Positions 33,166-41,504 of a stretch of DNA of 41,524 nt are shown here, piece after piece; positions within the stretch are counted from its first letter, which is position 1, and each line of letters opens with the position of its first letter. The position numbers and the translations under genes are program-made. The notes beneath the pieces are model-generated. The model was not told the DNA's origin. It saw only the letters and a list, made by a program, of their open reading frames with translations, and made no database searches. This DNA is from Eubacteriales bacterium (lineage in GTDB: Bacteria; Bacillota; Clostridia; Oscillospirales; CAG-272): NCBI GenBank assembly GCA_045602305.1, contig JAZSBJ010000040.1, forward strand, positions 1-41,524, written 5' to 3'.

Positions 33166-33194
33166 TTGACAAAAGGGCGGGCTTATGTTATAAA
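33166..33194 (+). promoter_or_regulatory. Sigma-A type promoter (TTGACA-N17-TATAAA)
   Basis: TTGACA is at 33166-33171, the spacer is 17 nt, and TATAAA is at 33189-33194. Confidence 0.6.
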
Positions 33195-33226
33195 TGAATA
33201 AGGAAAAAAGACGGTGAGGTAACGAC

Positions 33227-34060
33227 GTGAAAAGGATAGAAGATCAGCAAATGGATGAAGAGCGCGCCCTCTACGGCGAGCGCTCGATCTCTGTTTTCGG
33301 ATGCCGCTTTGAGGGACCTGCCGACGGCGAGAGTGCCTTTAAGGAGTGCAAGGATGTTTTGGCAGAGGAATGCTATTTTAATTTGAGATATCCCTTTTGG
33401 CACGATGTGCGCGTTACACTTTCGGACTCCGAAATGACAGAAGGCTGCCGTGCGGCGTTTTGGTACTCGCGCGGGATCACGGTGGAAAGAACAAAAATGC
33501 ACGGCGACAAGGCGATGCGGGAATGCAAGGGCGTAGCACTCTGTGACTGCGACGTCGTTTCCTCTGAATTCGGCTGGTCGGTTCAGGGCTTTTCGATGGA
33601 AAACACGCGCGCCGAGGGAGAGTATTTTCTTCTCCGCAGCGAGCGCATCCGCATCAAAAACCTCACCTTTTGGGGCAAATATTCCTTTCAGTACATAAAA
33701 AACGCCGTAATCGAGCGTTCGACGCTTGACACCAAGGACGCCTTTTGGCACGCGGAAAACGTCACGGTCCGCGACAGCGTTTTTCGCGGGGAGTACCTCG
33801 GCTGGTATTCCAAGAATCTCACACTCATTCGCTGTAAGATCATCGGCACACAGCCCTTATGCTATTGCCGTGGGCTTCGGCTTGTGGACTGCGAGATGGA
33901 AAACACCGATCTTTCCTTTGAGAAGTCCTCGGTGAAGGCACGCGTCACGACACCCGTTTTGAGTATTAAAAATCCTTTGCGCGGCAAGATCCAAGCGCCC
34001 GCCGTCGGCGAGATCGTTCGCGACGCACCTTGGGCGAAGGGCAAGGTCGTCATTCGGTGA
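33227..34060 (+). CDS. DUF3737-family protein (predicted right-handed beta-helix)
   Basis: The sequence reads EERALYGERSISVFGCRFEGPADGESAFKECKDV...YFNLRYPFWHDVRV...AFWYSRGITV. Repeated ~22-aa beta-helix-like turns follow. The start is a GTG after GGTGAGG. Confidence 0.65.
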   Translation: MKRIEDQQMDEERALYGERSISVFGCRFEGPADGESAFKECKDVLAEECYFNLRYPFWHDVRVTLSDSEMTEGCRAAFWYSRGITVERTKMHGDKAMRECKGVALCDCDVVSSEFGWSVQGFSMENTRAEGEYFLLRSERIRIKNLTFWGKYSFQYIKNAVIERSTLDTKDAFWHAENVTVRDSVFRGEYLGWYSKNLTLIRCKIIGTQPLCYCRGLRLVDCEMENTDLSFEKSSVKARVTTPVLSIKNPLRGKIQAPAVGEIVRDAPWAKGKVVIR

Positions 34061-34180
34061 AAGGCAAAGACCGACGGAACAGTGCTATACTTCAAACTTC
34101 AAGAATGCGGTATATCTCCAAAGAGGTATGCCGTATTTTTGTATTTGTGAGAAAATTTGACAAGGCTAGGGAACATAAAG

Positions 34181-34208
34181 AAAAGGCTCTTTATATAAAG
34201 AGCCTTTT
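34181..34208. terminator. Bidirectional intrinsic terminator
   Basis: This is a perfect palindrome, AAAAGGCTCTTTA..TAAAGAGCCTTTT, between convergent genes. Confidence 0.8.
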
Positions 34209-34246
34209 CGCGATCTGCATACGAACGCTTTTTGATAAACTTGGAT

Positions 34247-35251
34247 TTATCGTTTATTCTTTTTGTAAAGTCTAAAAACACCGACTCCAAGAAAAAGAAC
34301 GCTTATGAACAAAAGCGATACTAAAGATATGAAATGCACGTTTCCATTTGAATATTGCTGCCAATCGCTAAAATTCACCTGATAGGAGCTATTATTTGTA
34401 CCAAACAATTTATCCGCAACGCAATTCGTGAAATAATACACAACCGCGCTGAATGTAATGCAAATGCCCGTTTTGAGAAAAGCATCCAAGCGAAGCGCAC
34501 AAATGACGGTGCAAACCATCGCGGGAAGGAAGGCATAGCACGCAATCCATATTGCGGGTGCGACGCTAAAGGGATTCCAAATGCGAATGTTCAGCAGCAG
34601 TAAAATCGTCAAAACCCAAGCCGCGGCAAACGAGATTATAAACTTGTAGTGGGATATTTTTGTCCGCGATAAAAGGATAGGGACGAAGACGACCTCATAC
34701 CCGATCAAAACACCGATGCAAGCCGTTAAAAACCAAGAGGATCCATTCGTATATACTGCACAGGCAAGTAAAAGCAGACAAATTGAAAGATACGTCGAAA
34801 CAGAAAAAGCAAGCAGCTTTTTGGAGTTGAAAAAGAAGGTAAAGGTTGGGACAAAGGAGTATGCACAAATCAGCGCGGTTAATACGATAAAGAACCAAGA
34901 GAGCGTGTGATTCACAGCAAGGTTGCAAATAAAACAAGTTAAGAGTGCGACCGCATATGATATGGTCGGAACCCAAAACCAAGTGCTTCGGATCATACGG
35001 AACTTCTGCGCCTCTTGCTTCATCTTCCTTGTGTCCGTGTCGGTTGAAGCAGTAATCAATTCGTGTTCGCTTATTTCAAGCACACGGCAAATATCAGAAA
35101 TCAAGGTGATGTCGGGATAGGACACGCCGCGCTCCCATTTGCTCACTGCACCCTCGGTAACAAACAGCAGCTCTGCCAAATCTTTTTGCGAATAGTTTTT
35201 TTCGGTTCGTTTGGTTCTTATGAATGAACCGAACGGTTTTTTACCTGTCAA
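34247..35251 (-). CDS. Membrane-tethered XRE-family HTH regulator (N-terminal HTH_3 plus ~8 TM helices)
   Basis: The HTH reads IRTKRTEKNYSQKDLAELLFVTEGAVSKWERGVSYPDITLISDICRVLEISEHELI. About 8 hydrophobic segments follow. The start is a TTG, 6 nt after GGAGGTGA. GC is visibly lower than in the flanks. Confidence 0.75.
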   Translation of the reverse strand: MTGKKPFGSFIRTKRTEKNYSQKDLAELLFVTEGAVSKWERGVSYPDITLISDICRVLEISEHELITASTDTDTRKMKQEAQKFRMIRSTWFWVPTISYAVALLTCFICNLAVNHTLSWFFIVLTALICAYSFVPTFTFFFNSKKLLAFSVSTYLSICLLLLACAVYTNGSSWFLTACIGVLIGYEVVFVPILLSRTKISHYKFIISFAAAWVLTILLLLNIRIWNPFSVAPAIWIACYAFLPAMVCTVICALRLDAFLKTGICITFSAVVYYFTNCVADKLFGTNNSSYQVNFSDWQQYSNGNVHFISLVSLLFISVLFLGVGVFRLYKKNKR

Positions 35252-35272
35252 ATTTGCTCACCTCCGCCCGCT

Positions 35273-35301
35273 ATTATACAGAACCCCGTATTTTCTGTCA
35301 A
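35273..35301 (-). promoter_or_regulatory. Sigma-A type promoter, exact TTGACA-N17-TATAAT
   Basis: On the minus strand, TTGACA is at 35301-35296, the spacer is 17 nt, and TATAAT is at 35278-35273. Confidence 0.7.
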
Positions 35302-35397
35302 TGGACTGTTAAGCCACCCCGGGGGTAGCGTCAATTTTTTGTTTCTCCCGTCGGTAGGTTATAGGGGGAACCTTGCAGCGCTTTTACAAAAGCGGCG

Positions 35398-36111
35398 TTA
35401 TTCTGCCGCCTTTTGGGCGGTGGGAGAAACGAGAACCGCGGTCGCGTCCTCTTTTCGGCAAAGCGTGTGGAGCATTCTTTTGCCGAGCTTGTAGCCCTCA
35501 AAGAGGAAAACGCTTTTCGCGGCGTTGTGTAAAACCAGCTTGCGAATGGCGGTCTGGCGCAGATCAAAGTCGGAGATGACGCCCGTTTTTTCATCGTATG
35601 CCGCCGTGGTGAAAAAGGCAATGTCAACGTTAAAGGCACGCACGCTCTCCTCGGCAAGTGAGCCGACAAGACACATATCCTGCTCGTAATATTCGCCGCC
35701 GATCAGCACGCAGGGGATGTGCGCCTCTGCCGCGGAAAGAAGCGTTTTGACCGAGTTTGTTACGAGGGTGATGCCCTTGTGGCGTGCAATGTGAGAAAGC
35801 AGATACCCGCAGGTGGATGAGCTGTCTAAAAACACGGTAAGCCCATCGGCAAGGAAACGGGCGGCGCGGCTTGCGAGCTCCTTTTTTTCCTCGGTGTTCA
35901 TAAAATAGCGCTCCGAAACGGGCATCTCGCCGTCACGCGCCTTTAGGACGGCACCGCCGCGGTAGCGCTTGCAGTACCCACCCTTTTCCATCTCTGCAAG
36001 GTCGCGGCGCACTGTCATCTCGGACACGTAGAGCGTGCGCGCAAGGTCGGCAACGGACACGCGCCCCTTCTCGTAAAGGCGCTTTAAAATATCCTTTTGG
36101 CGTTCTTCCAT
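35398..36111 (-). CDS. DeoR-family transcriptional regulator
   Basis: The start is the ATG at 36111. The sequence begins MEERQKDILKRLYEKGRVSVADLARTLYVSEMTVRRDLAEMEKGG, followed by a DeoR C-terminal sugar-phosphate sensor domain. Confidence 0.85.
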   Translation of the reverse strand: MEERQKDILKRLYEKGRVSVADLARTLYVSEMTVRRDLAEMEKGGYCKRYRGGAVLKARDGEMPVSERYFMNTEEKKELASRAARFLADGLTVFLDSSSTCGYLLSHIARHKGITLVTNSVKTLLSAAEAHIPCVLIGGEYYEQDMCLVGSLAEESVRAFNVDIAFFTTAAYDEKTGVISDFDLRQTAIRKLVLHNAAKSVFLFEGYKLGKRMLHTLCRKEDATAVLVSPTAQKAAE

Positions 36112-36166
36112 CGTTTTGTTCCTTTTGTTCGAAAAAAAGTTTATTTTCACACATTACGAACAAGCA

Positions 36167-36195
36167 TTGATTTCGAAATGTTCATACGCTATAAT
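36167..36195 (+). promoter_or_regulatory. Sigma-A type promoter (TTGATT-N17-TATAAT) for the aldolase/dehydrogenase pair
   Basis: TTGATT is at 36167-36172, the spacer is 17 nt and contains TTCGAA, and TATAAT is at 36190-36195. Confidence 0.6.
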
Positions 36196-36258
36196 TATAT
36201 CAGCAAATAAAAGGAATGTCAATATCCCTAAAAAAAGAAACTTTCGGAGGATAAAACT

Positions 36259-37128
36259 ATGCTCGTATCTATGAAGGAAATGCTTGCCGACGCAAAGGCA
36301 AAGCACTATGCGATCCCCGCGTTTGACGTCAGCAACTATGAAATGATGCGCGCCGTGCTCGAAACCTGTGAGGAAGAGCGCTCGCCCGCTTTGCTTATGG
36401 GTCTTGGTGTTGACCTCGGCGGACGCGGACTCCCTCTCATCACCTCGATGGTAAAGGCGGCGTCCGATTTCTATTCCGTGCCCGTGTGCTTCCACCTCGA
36501 CCACGCAACCGATTACGACTTTATCAAGGCTGCCCTTGATGCGGGCTTTTCCTCGGTAATGTTTGACGGCTCGGTGCTTCCCTTTGAAGAAAACGCAGAA
36601 AAGACAAGAGAAGTTGTCAAACTCGCACATTCCTACGGCGCAACTGTGGAAGCAGAGCTTGGTCACGTAGGCAATGCAATGGTTGGCAACGAGAACGATT
36701 CCGTGAAAAACGAGGATCCCGAGGACACCCTGACCGTTCCCGAAGAGGTCGTCCGCTTCCGCGAGATCACTGACGTGGATGCCTTGGCGATCGCCATTGG
36801 TACGGCGCACGGCGTATATCTTAAGACCCCCACGCTCCGCATTGACCGCCTTGACGAAATCACGGCAGTGTCCGACCTTCCCCTTGTGCTTCACGGCGGA
36901 AGCGGCACGCCCGACGAGCAGATGCAAGCCGCCATCGCGCACGGCATCACCAAGATCAACATCTTCTCGGACGTGGTCGGCGCACTCAACCTCGGTCTTA
37001 AAAACAAGCTCAACGCGATCGAAAACCCCTCGACCTGGCCCGCATTCGTGTTTGAAGAGGCGAGAGAGCGTATGAAGGCGGCTGTCCGCGAGAAGATCCG
37101 CGTGTTCGGAAGCGCAGGACGCGTATAA
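36259..37128 (+). CDS. Class II ketose-bisphosphate aldolase (tagatose-/fructose-1,6-bisphosphate aldolase family, GatY/KbaY-like)
   Basis: The sequence reads YAIPAFDVSNYEMM...VCFHLDHATD...VMFDGS...VEAELGHVG...AIAIGTAHG...LVLHGGSG. Confidence 0.85.
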   Translation: MLVSMKEMLADAKAKHYAIPAFDVSNYEMMRAVLETCEEERSPALLMGLGVDLGGRGLPLITSMVKAASDFYSVPVCFHLDHATDYDFIKAALDAGFSSVMFDGSVLPFEENAEKTREVVKLAHSYGATVEAELGHVGNAMVGNENDSVKNEDPEDTLTVPEEVVRFREITDVDALAIAIGTAHGVYLKTPTLRIDRLDEITAVSDLPLVLHGGSGTPDEQMQAAIAHGITKINIFSDVVGALNLGLKNKLNAIENPSTWPAFVFEEARERMKAAVREKIRVFGSAGRV

Positions 37129-37141
37129 GAGGTGATTTGAA

Positions 37142-38380
37142 ATGAAAACGAAAGCAGTACGTCTGTACGGCGAAAACGATATCCGTCTTGAGGAGTTCGA
37201 GCTTCCCGCAATGAAGGAGGGAGAGATCCTCGTTAAGATGATCTCGGACAGCGTTTGTATGTCCACCTATAAAACGGTCAAGCAGGGCGCGCGCCATCTT
37301 CGCGTGCCCAACGACGTTGCTGAGCATCCCACCATCATCGGGCACGAGTTCTGTGCCGAGATCGTTGCGGTGGGGGATAGATGGAAGAACGACTACAAGG
37401 TGGGCGACAAGGTCATCTGTCCCCCCGTTCTTTCCTATCTCGGCGGTTACGAAACCATCGGCTATACCTTTGGCGAGATCGGTGGCGTTTCCACCTACTC
37501 GCTCGTGTACGAGCATATTATCGAAAACGGCTTCTTACAGAAGTTTACGGGCGACGCCTTCTTCAAGGGCTCGCTCATTGAGCCCGCCTCTTGCGTGCTT
37601 CGCGGCTACAAGGCAAGCATCCACCTGCCCGACGGGGATCACCCCCATATGAACATCAAGGAGGGCGGCGCCGTTGCCATTCTTGCGGGCTGTGGACCTA
37701 TGGGTCTTGTTGCGATTGACATCGCTCTCCACGGCGATGTAAAGCCCGCCGTCGTGGTTGTTACCGACCTTGACGAAGCGCGCCTTTCCCGTGCCGCCGA
37801 GATCTACCCGCCCGAAGCGGCGGCAAAGGACGGCATTCGCCTCGTGTTCAGCACGGCGACGGACAAGGAAACGCTCCTTGCCATCAACGGCGGCAAGGGA
37901 TATGACGACGTTTTCGTGTATGCGCCCGTTCCCGCCGTCGTAACGCTGGGCGACAGCCTGCTTGGCTTTGACGGCTGCTTAAACTTCTTTGCAGGTCCTA
38001 CGGACAAGGCGTTCTCCGCGCCCGTCAACTTCTATGATGTGCATTATCAGCAGCACCACTATGCAGGCACGAGTGGCTCGACGCCCGACGATATGAAGGA
38101 CATCGTACGCCTTATCGGGGAAGGACGCATTGACCCCGCCCCGATGGTCACCCACATTGGCGGTATGGATGCGGTCATCGAAACGACCAAGAATCTCCCC
38201 TCGATCCCCGGCGGCAAAAAGCTCATCTACACCCACATTGAGCTTCCCTTAACCGCCCTTGCCGATTTTGCCGAGCTCGGCAAAACGGACGCCCGCTTTG
38301 CTACGCTTGACGCGCTCGTCAAAGAGGCAAACGGACTTTGGTGCGGGAAGGCAGAGGAATATTTGCTTAAGAATTTCTAA
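37142..38380 (+). CDS. Zn-dependent medium-chain dehydrogenase, L-sorbose-1-phosphate reductase (SorE)-like
   Basis: 412 aa. The sequence begins MKTKAVRLYGENDIRLEEFELP...DSVCMSTYK...PTIIGHEFCAEIVAVG. The Rossmann motif is LAGCGPMGL. Confidence 0.7.
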   Translation: MKTKAVRLYGENDIRLEEFELPAMKEGEILVKMISDSVCMSTYKTVKQGARHLRVPNDVAEHPTIIGHEFCAEIVAVGDRWKNDYKVGDKVICPPVLSYLGGYETIGYTFGEIGGVSTYSLVYEHIIENGFLQKFTGDAFFKGSLIEPASCVLRGYKASIHLPDGDHPHMNIKEGGAVAILAGCGPMGLVAIDIALHGDVKPAVVVVTDLDEARLSRAAEIYPPEAAAKDGIRLVFSTATDKETLLAINGGKGYDDVFVYAPVPAVVTLGDSLLGFDGCLNFFAGPTDKAFSAPVNFYDVHYQQHHYAGTSGSTPDDMKDIVRLIGEGRIDPAPMVTHIGGMDAVIETTKNLPSIPGGKKLIYTHIELPLTALADFAELGKTDARFATLDALVKEANGLWCGKAEEYLLKNF

Positions 38381-38386
38381 AAGAAA

Positions 38387-38418
38387 GAACCCGATTCTCG
38401 AGAATCGGGTTCTTTTTT
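38387..38418. terminator. Bidirectional intrinsic terminator
   Basis: The hairpin is GAACCCGATTC-TCGA-GAATCGGGTTC followed by TTTTTT, between convergent genes. Confidence 0.85.
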
Positions 38419-39238
38419 AACCGTTGATCTTATTTCGGTATTCGCTCGGCGACGAGGCGGTGTGCTTTTTAAAGATACGGCTGAAGTAGTAGGGGTTGGC
38501 GTAGCCGACCGCCGCGCCCACCTCGGCGATGGGAAGTGAGGAATATTCGAGCAGCTCCTTGGCTCTTTGGATACGCACCTCGGTGAGGTATGCGACGGGG
38601 CTTTTGCCGATAATTTCGTGAAAAAGGTGCGTAAAGCGGCTCTCGCTGAGGTGGCAGAGCTTGGCAAAGGCGGCGACGGTAAGATCGTCGGCAAGAGAGG
38701 TCTGCATATGGCGGCAAACGCGCAAGATTTTCTCGGTGGATGCGGCGCTCGTTTCGTCTGCGGAGAGGGTGATCCTGCGGAGAAGCAAGGAAAGAATGGA
38801 AAGAAGATATCCGCGCGACACCTCGTGGGAATAGGGAAGTGCGAGGGTATATTCCTTTTCGAGCTTTCGCCAAAGCTCCTCAAGCGTTTCGCTTTTCCCG
38901 ACGAAGAAAACGCGCCTTTCCCCTCGCTCGATCTCCCCAAAAAGCTCCTTGGGAAGCTCGCCCGAAAAATGCAAATAGAGGGACGTAGACCTCACGGCGG
39001 CGGAGAAGCGGTACTCCTGCCTCTCTCCGGGGAAAAAGAATATGGCGTGTCCTGCAGGGACGGCGACCTCATCACCGCCAAGCGTCACGAAGCAGACGCC
39101 TTGGGTGATGTAGAGGATGTGATAATCCCGTCTGCCTTGGGGACGGCAGGCGCCGATGTCCTCAAAAAGATGCTCACAGCCACAGCTGTTGAGATGAATA
39201 TATTCGGTGGAAACGGCTTCGGTGCTTCTTTTTGCCAT
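38417..39238 (-). CDS. AraC-family transcriptional regulator
   Basis: The start is the ATG at 39238 after GAGGGAG. It has a cupin N-domain and a C-terminal LTVAAFAKLCHLSESRFTHLFHEIIGKSPVAYL...AVGYANPYYFSRIFKKHT. Confidence 0.85.
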   Translation of the reverse strand: MAKRSTEAVSTEYIHLNSCGCEHLFEDIGACRPQGRRDYHILYITQGVCFVTLGGDEVAVPAGHAIFFFPGERQEYRFSAAVRSTSLYLHFSGELPKELFGEIERGERRVFFVGKSETLEELWRKLEKEYTLALPYSHEVSRGYLLSILSLLLRRITLSADETSAASTEKILRVCRHMQTSLADDLTVAAFAKLCHLSESRFTHLFHEIIGKSPVAYLTEVRIQRAKELLEYSSLPIAEVGAAVGYANPYYFSRIFKKHTASSPSEYRNKING

Positions 39239-39399
39239 CTTTTCTCCCTCGCGTTTTCTTTTGGGATAGTATAGCATTTTTTCTCCGCCTTGTCAATAGC
39301 AGAAAAGTGCAAATTTGGAGCAGAAAATACTATGGGCGCACGGAAAGGGGAGTGTTATACTAGAAAAGAAGAAATTATATTATCTAGGAGGATACGCAA

Positions 39400-40257
39400 A
39401 TGCAAGTACAACCCTACAATCTGATTGCCCCCGAGAAGCTCGGCGAAGGCTCCGAGATCAAGCTCGAGGTCTCCCAAGCAGAGATCGACATTTATTGGAA
39501 GGTCGCGATGGAAGTCCTCGCGATCATCGAGGAAAACAACCGCCGTGGCGAGCCCACCGTTATGGTCGTGCCCTACGGTCCTCTCGGTCCCTACTTCCGC
39601 CTTTCCTACCTCGTCAACAAGCATCGCATCTCTCTCAAGAACTGTGTCTTTATCAATATGGACGAGTATCTTGAGGACGATAAGACCTACATCGACAAGA
39701 ACGATCCTCTCTCCTTCCGCGGCGGTATGGATCGCATCTTCTATTCGCAGGTGGACGAGGAGCTGAACGTGCTTCCCGAAAACCGCATCTTCCCCGAGCC
39801 CGGCAACGAAAAGAAGGTAATGGAGATCATTGAGAAGTACGGCAAGCTCGACCTCGTGTTCGGCGGTGTCGGCATCAACGGACACTATGCCTTCAACGAG
39901 CCGCCGGAGCCCGGTGAGGTCGTTTCTCCCGAGGAGTTCGCCGCACGCGAAACGCGTGTGCTTAAGATCTCCCGCGAAACGCGCACCATCAACGCGTATA
40001 TGAACTGCGGCGCAGACCTTAACGCCATTCCCGAGTACTGCATCACCGTCGGTATGAAGGAGATGATGATGGCAAAGCGCGTGATTATGATTATGCCTCG
40101 CGACTGGAACGCAGGTGCGCTCCGCAAGATCTTGCACGGCGAGATCACTGCGTCCGTTCCCTGTTCGCTCTTCCGTCGTCACCCCAATGCCACCATCTAC
40201 ACTCTGCCCGAGGCAACCAAGTGCCCCATTCCCGAGATCCGCGTATACAACAAGTAA
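39400..40257 (+). CDS. Glucosamine-6-phosphate deaminase/isomerase-family protein (NagB/AgaI-like, long form)
   Basis: The sequence includes VFINMDEY and DLVFGGVGINGHYAFNEP. At 285 aa it is longer than typical NagB. The RBS is AGGAGGA. Confidence 0.7.
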   Translation: MQVQPYNLIAPEKLGEGSEIKLEVSQAEIDIYWKVAMEVLAIIEENNRRGEPTVMVVPYGPLGPYFRLSYLVNKHRISLKNCVFINMDEYLEDDKTYIDKNDPLSFRGGMDRIFYSQVDEELNVLPENRIFPEPGNEKKVMEIIEKYGKLDLVFGGVGINGHYAFNEPPEPGEVVSPEEFAARETRVLKISRETRTINAYMNCGADLNAIPEYCITVGMKEMMMAKRVIMIMPRDWNAGALRKILHGEITASVPCSLFRRHPNATIYTLPEATKCPIPEIRVYNK

Positions 40258-40263
40258 TCGCCT

Positions 40264-41436
40264 ATGAACATTAAAAATGTAAGGCTTGTTTTACAAAACG
40301 GGGTCACAGAGCCCACCGATGTGCGCATTGAGGACGGCGTGATCGCTGAATACGGCAAGGCGCTTGATGCAGACTGTGCCCGCTGTGCCATCGACGGCGG
40401 GGGCGGGTATTTGTTCCCCGGCTTTATCGACGTGCACGTGCACGGCGGCGGCGGTGCGGACTTTATGGATGGAACGCCCTGTGCGTTTGAAACGGCGGTC
40501 CGCGCCCATCTTGCACGAGGCACGACCACCCTCGTGCCCACAGCGCTCACGGCAACCAATGAGGAGCTTGTCGCCTTCCTTCGCGCGTATCGCGCCTTTA
40601 AGGAGCGCTCTCCCTATGCTTCTTGCGCTTCGGGCGTGCACCTCGAGGGACCCTACTTCTCAAACGCTACGGCAAAATCCAAGGGCGCGCAAAAGGCGGA
40701 TGTCATCCGCCCCATCGACTTCGCCGAGGTCGATGCGCTTCTTGCGCTTGCGGATGGGGACATCATCCGTTGGGATGCCGCCCCTGAGCTGGATGGCGCC
40801 GAGGCGTTTGCCAAAATGCTGACCGAAAAAGGAATTCTTGTCGCGGTCGCGCACTCGCGTGCCACCGCCGAGGAAACCGAAAAGGGATATGCCGCGGGCT
40901 TCTCCCACGTGACCCACTTTTACAACGCCTGCACCGCCTACGAAAAGCGCGATCAGGTGGTAACGGCTGGCACGGTGGAAGCCACCTATCTCAACGATAA
41001 CGTCACGGTCGAGCTGATCGCAGACGGCTGTCACGCGCCGCGCGCGTGTATGCTTCTTGCCTTAAAGATCAAGGGGGAAGACAAGGTCATCGCCATCACG
41101 GACGCGATGCGTATCGCCGCGACCGACCTGCAAACGGGCAAGCTCGGCGGCAGTGAACGCGGCACGGACGTCATCGTCGAGGACGGTGTTGCTAAGCTCC
41201 CCGATCGCTCCAGCTTCGCGGGAAGCATCGCGACCACCGACCGCGCGCTCCGCGTGCTTTGCGTGGATTACGGCATCTCTCCCACAGTAGCAGCAAAGAT
41301 GCTATCCACAAACCCCGCACGCCACATCAAGAGAGAGGACATCGGCTCCATTGCCGTAGGCAAAAAAGCCGACCTCGTCCTTGCGGACGAAAATTTCCGC
41401 GTACGCACGGTGTTCAAAAACGGAAAGCCTGTGTAA
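40264..41436 (+). CDS. nagA: N-acetylhexosamine-6-phosphate deacetylase (NagA/AgaA family amidohydrolase)
   Basis: The sequence includes LFPGFIDVHVHGGGGADFMDG, HLEGPYFS, VAVAHSRAT, HFYNA and ITDAM. Confidence 0.85.
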   Translation: MNIKNVRLVLQNGVTEPTDVRIEDGVIAEYGKALDADCARCAIDGGGGYLFPGFIDVHVHGGGGADFMDGTPCAFETAVRAHLARGTTTLVPTALTATNEELVAFLRAYRAFKERSPYASCASGVHLEGPYFSNATAKSKGAQKADVIRPIDFAEVDALLALADGDIIRWDAAPELDGAEAFAKMLTEKGILVAVAHSRATAEETEKGYAAGFSHVTHFYNACTAYEKRDQVVTAGTVEATYLNDNVTVELIADGCHAPRACMLLALKIKGEDKVIAITDAMRIAATDLQTGKLGGSERGTDVIVEDGVAKLPDRSSFAGSIATTDRALRVLCVDYGISPTVAAKMLSTNPARHIKREDIGSIAVGKKADLVLADENFRVRTVFKNGKPV

Positions 41437-41443
41437 AAAATCC

Positions 41444-41465
41444 GCCTGCTCCTTTTGGAGCAGGC
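41444..41465 (-). terminator. Hairpin with a U-run only on the minus strand (candidate terminator for leftward transcription from beyond the right edge)
   Basis: The hairpin is GCCTGCTCC-TTTT-GGAGCAGGC. The minus-strand 3' flank is GGATTTTTT. Confidence 0.45.
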
Positions 41466-41475
41466 GAAAGAAAAA

Positions 41476-41502
41476 AGACACCCGAACGGGTGTCTTTTTT
41501 TA
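41476..41502. terminator. Intrinsic terminator after nagA (bidirectional)
   Basis: The hairpin is AGACACCC-GAAC-GGGTGTCT followed by TTTTTTT, with an A-rich 5' flank. Confidence 0.85.
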
Positions 41503-41504
41503 TT

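Noticed and set aside
36154-37266. A 370-aa ORF on the minus strand covering the whole aldolase gene.
   Set aside because: It is antisense to a gene with clear class II aldolase motifs. The product has no recognisable motifs, and there is no RBS or promoter. This is a typical shadow ORF in GC-rich coding DNA.
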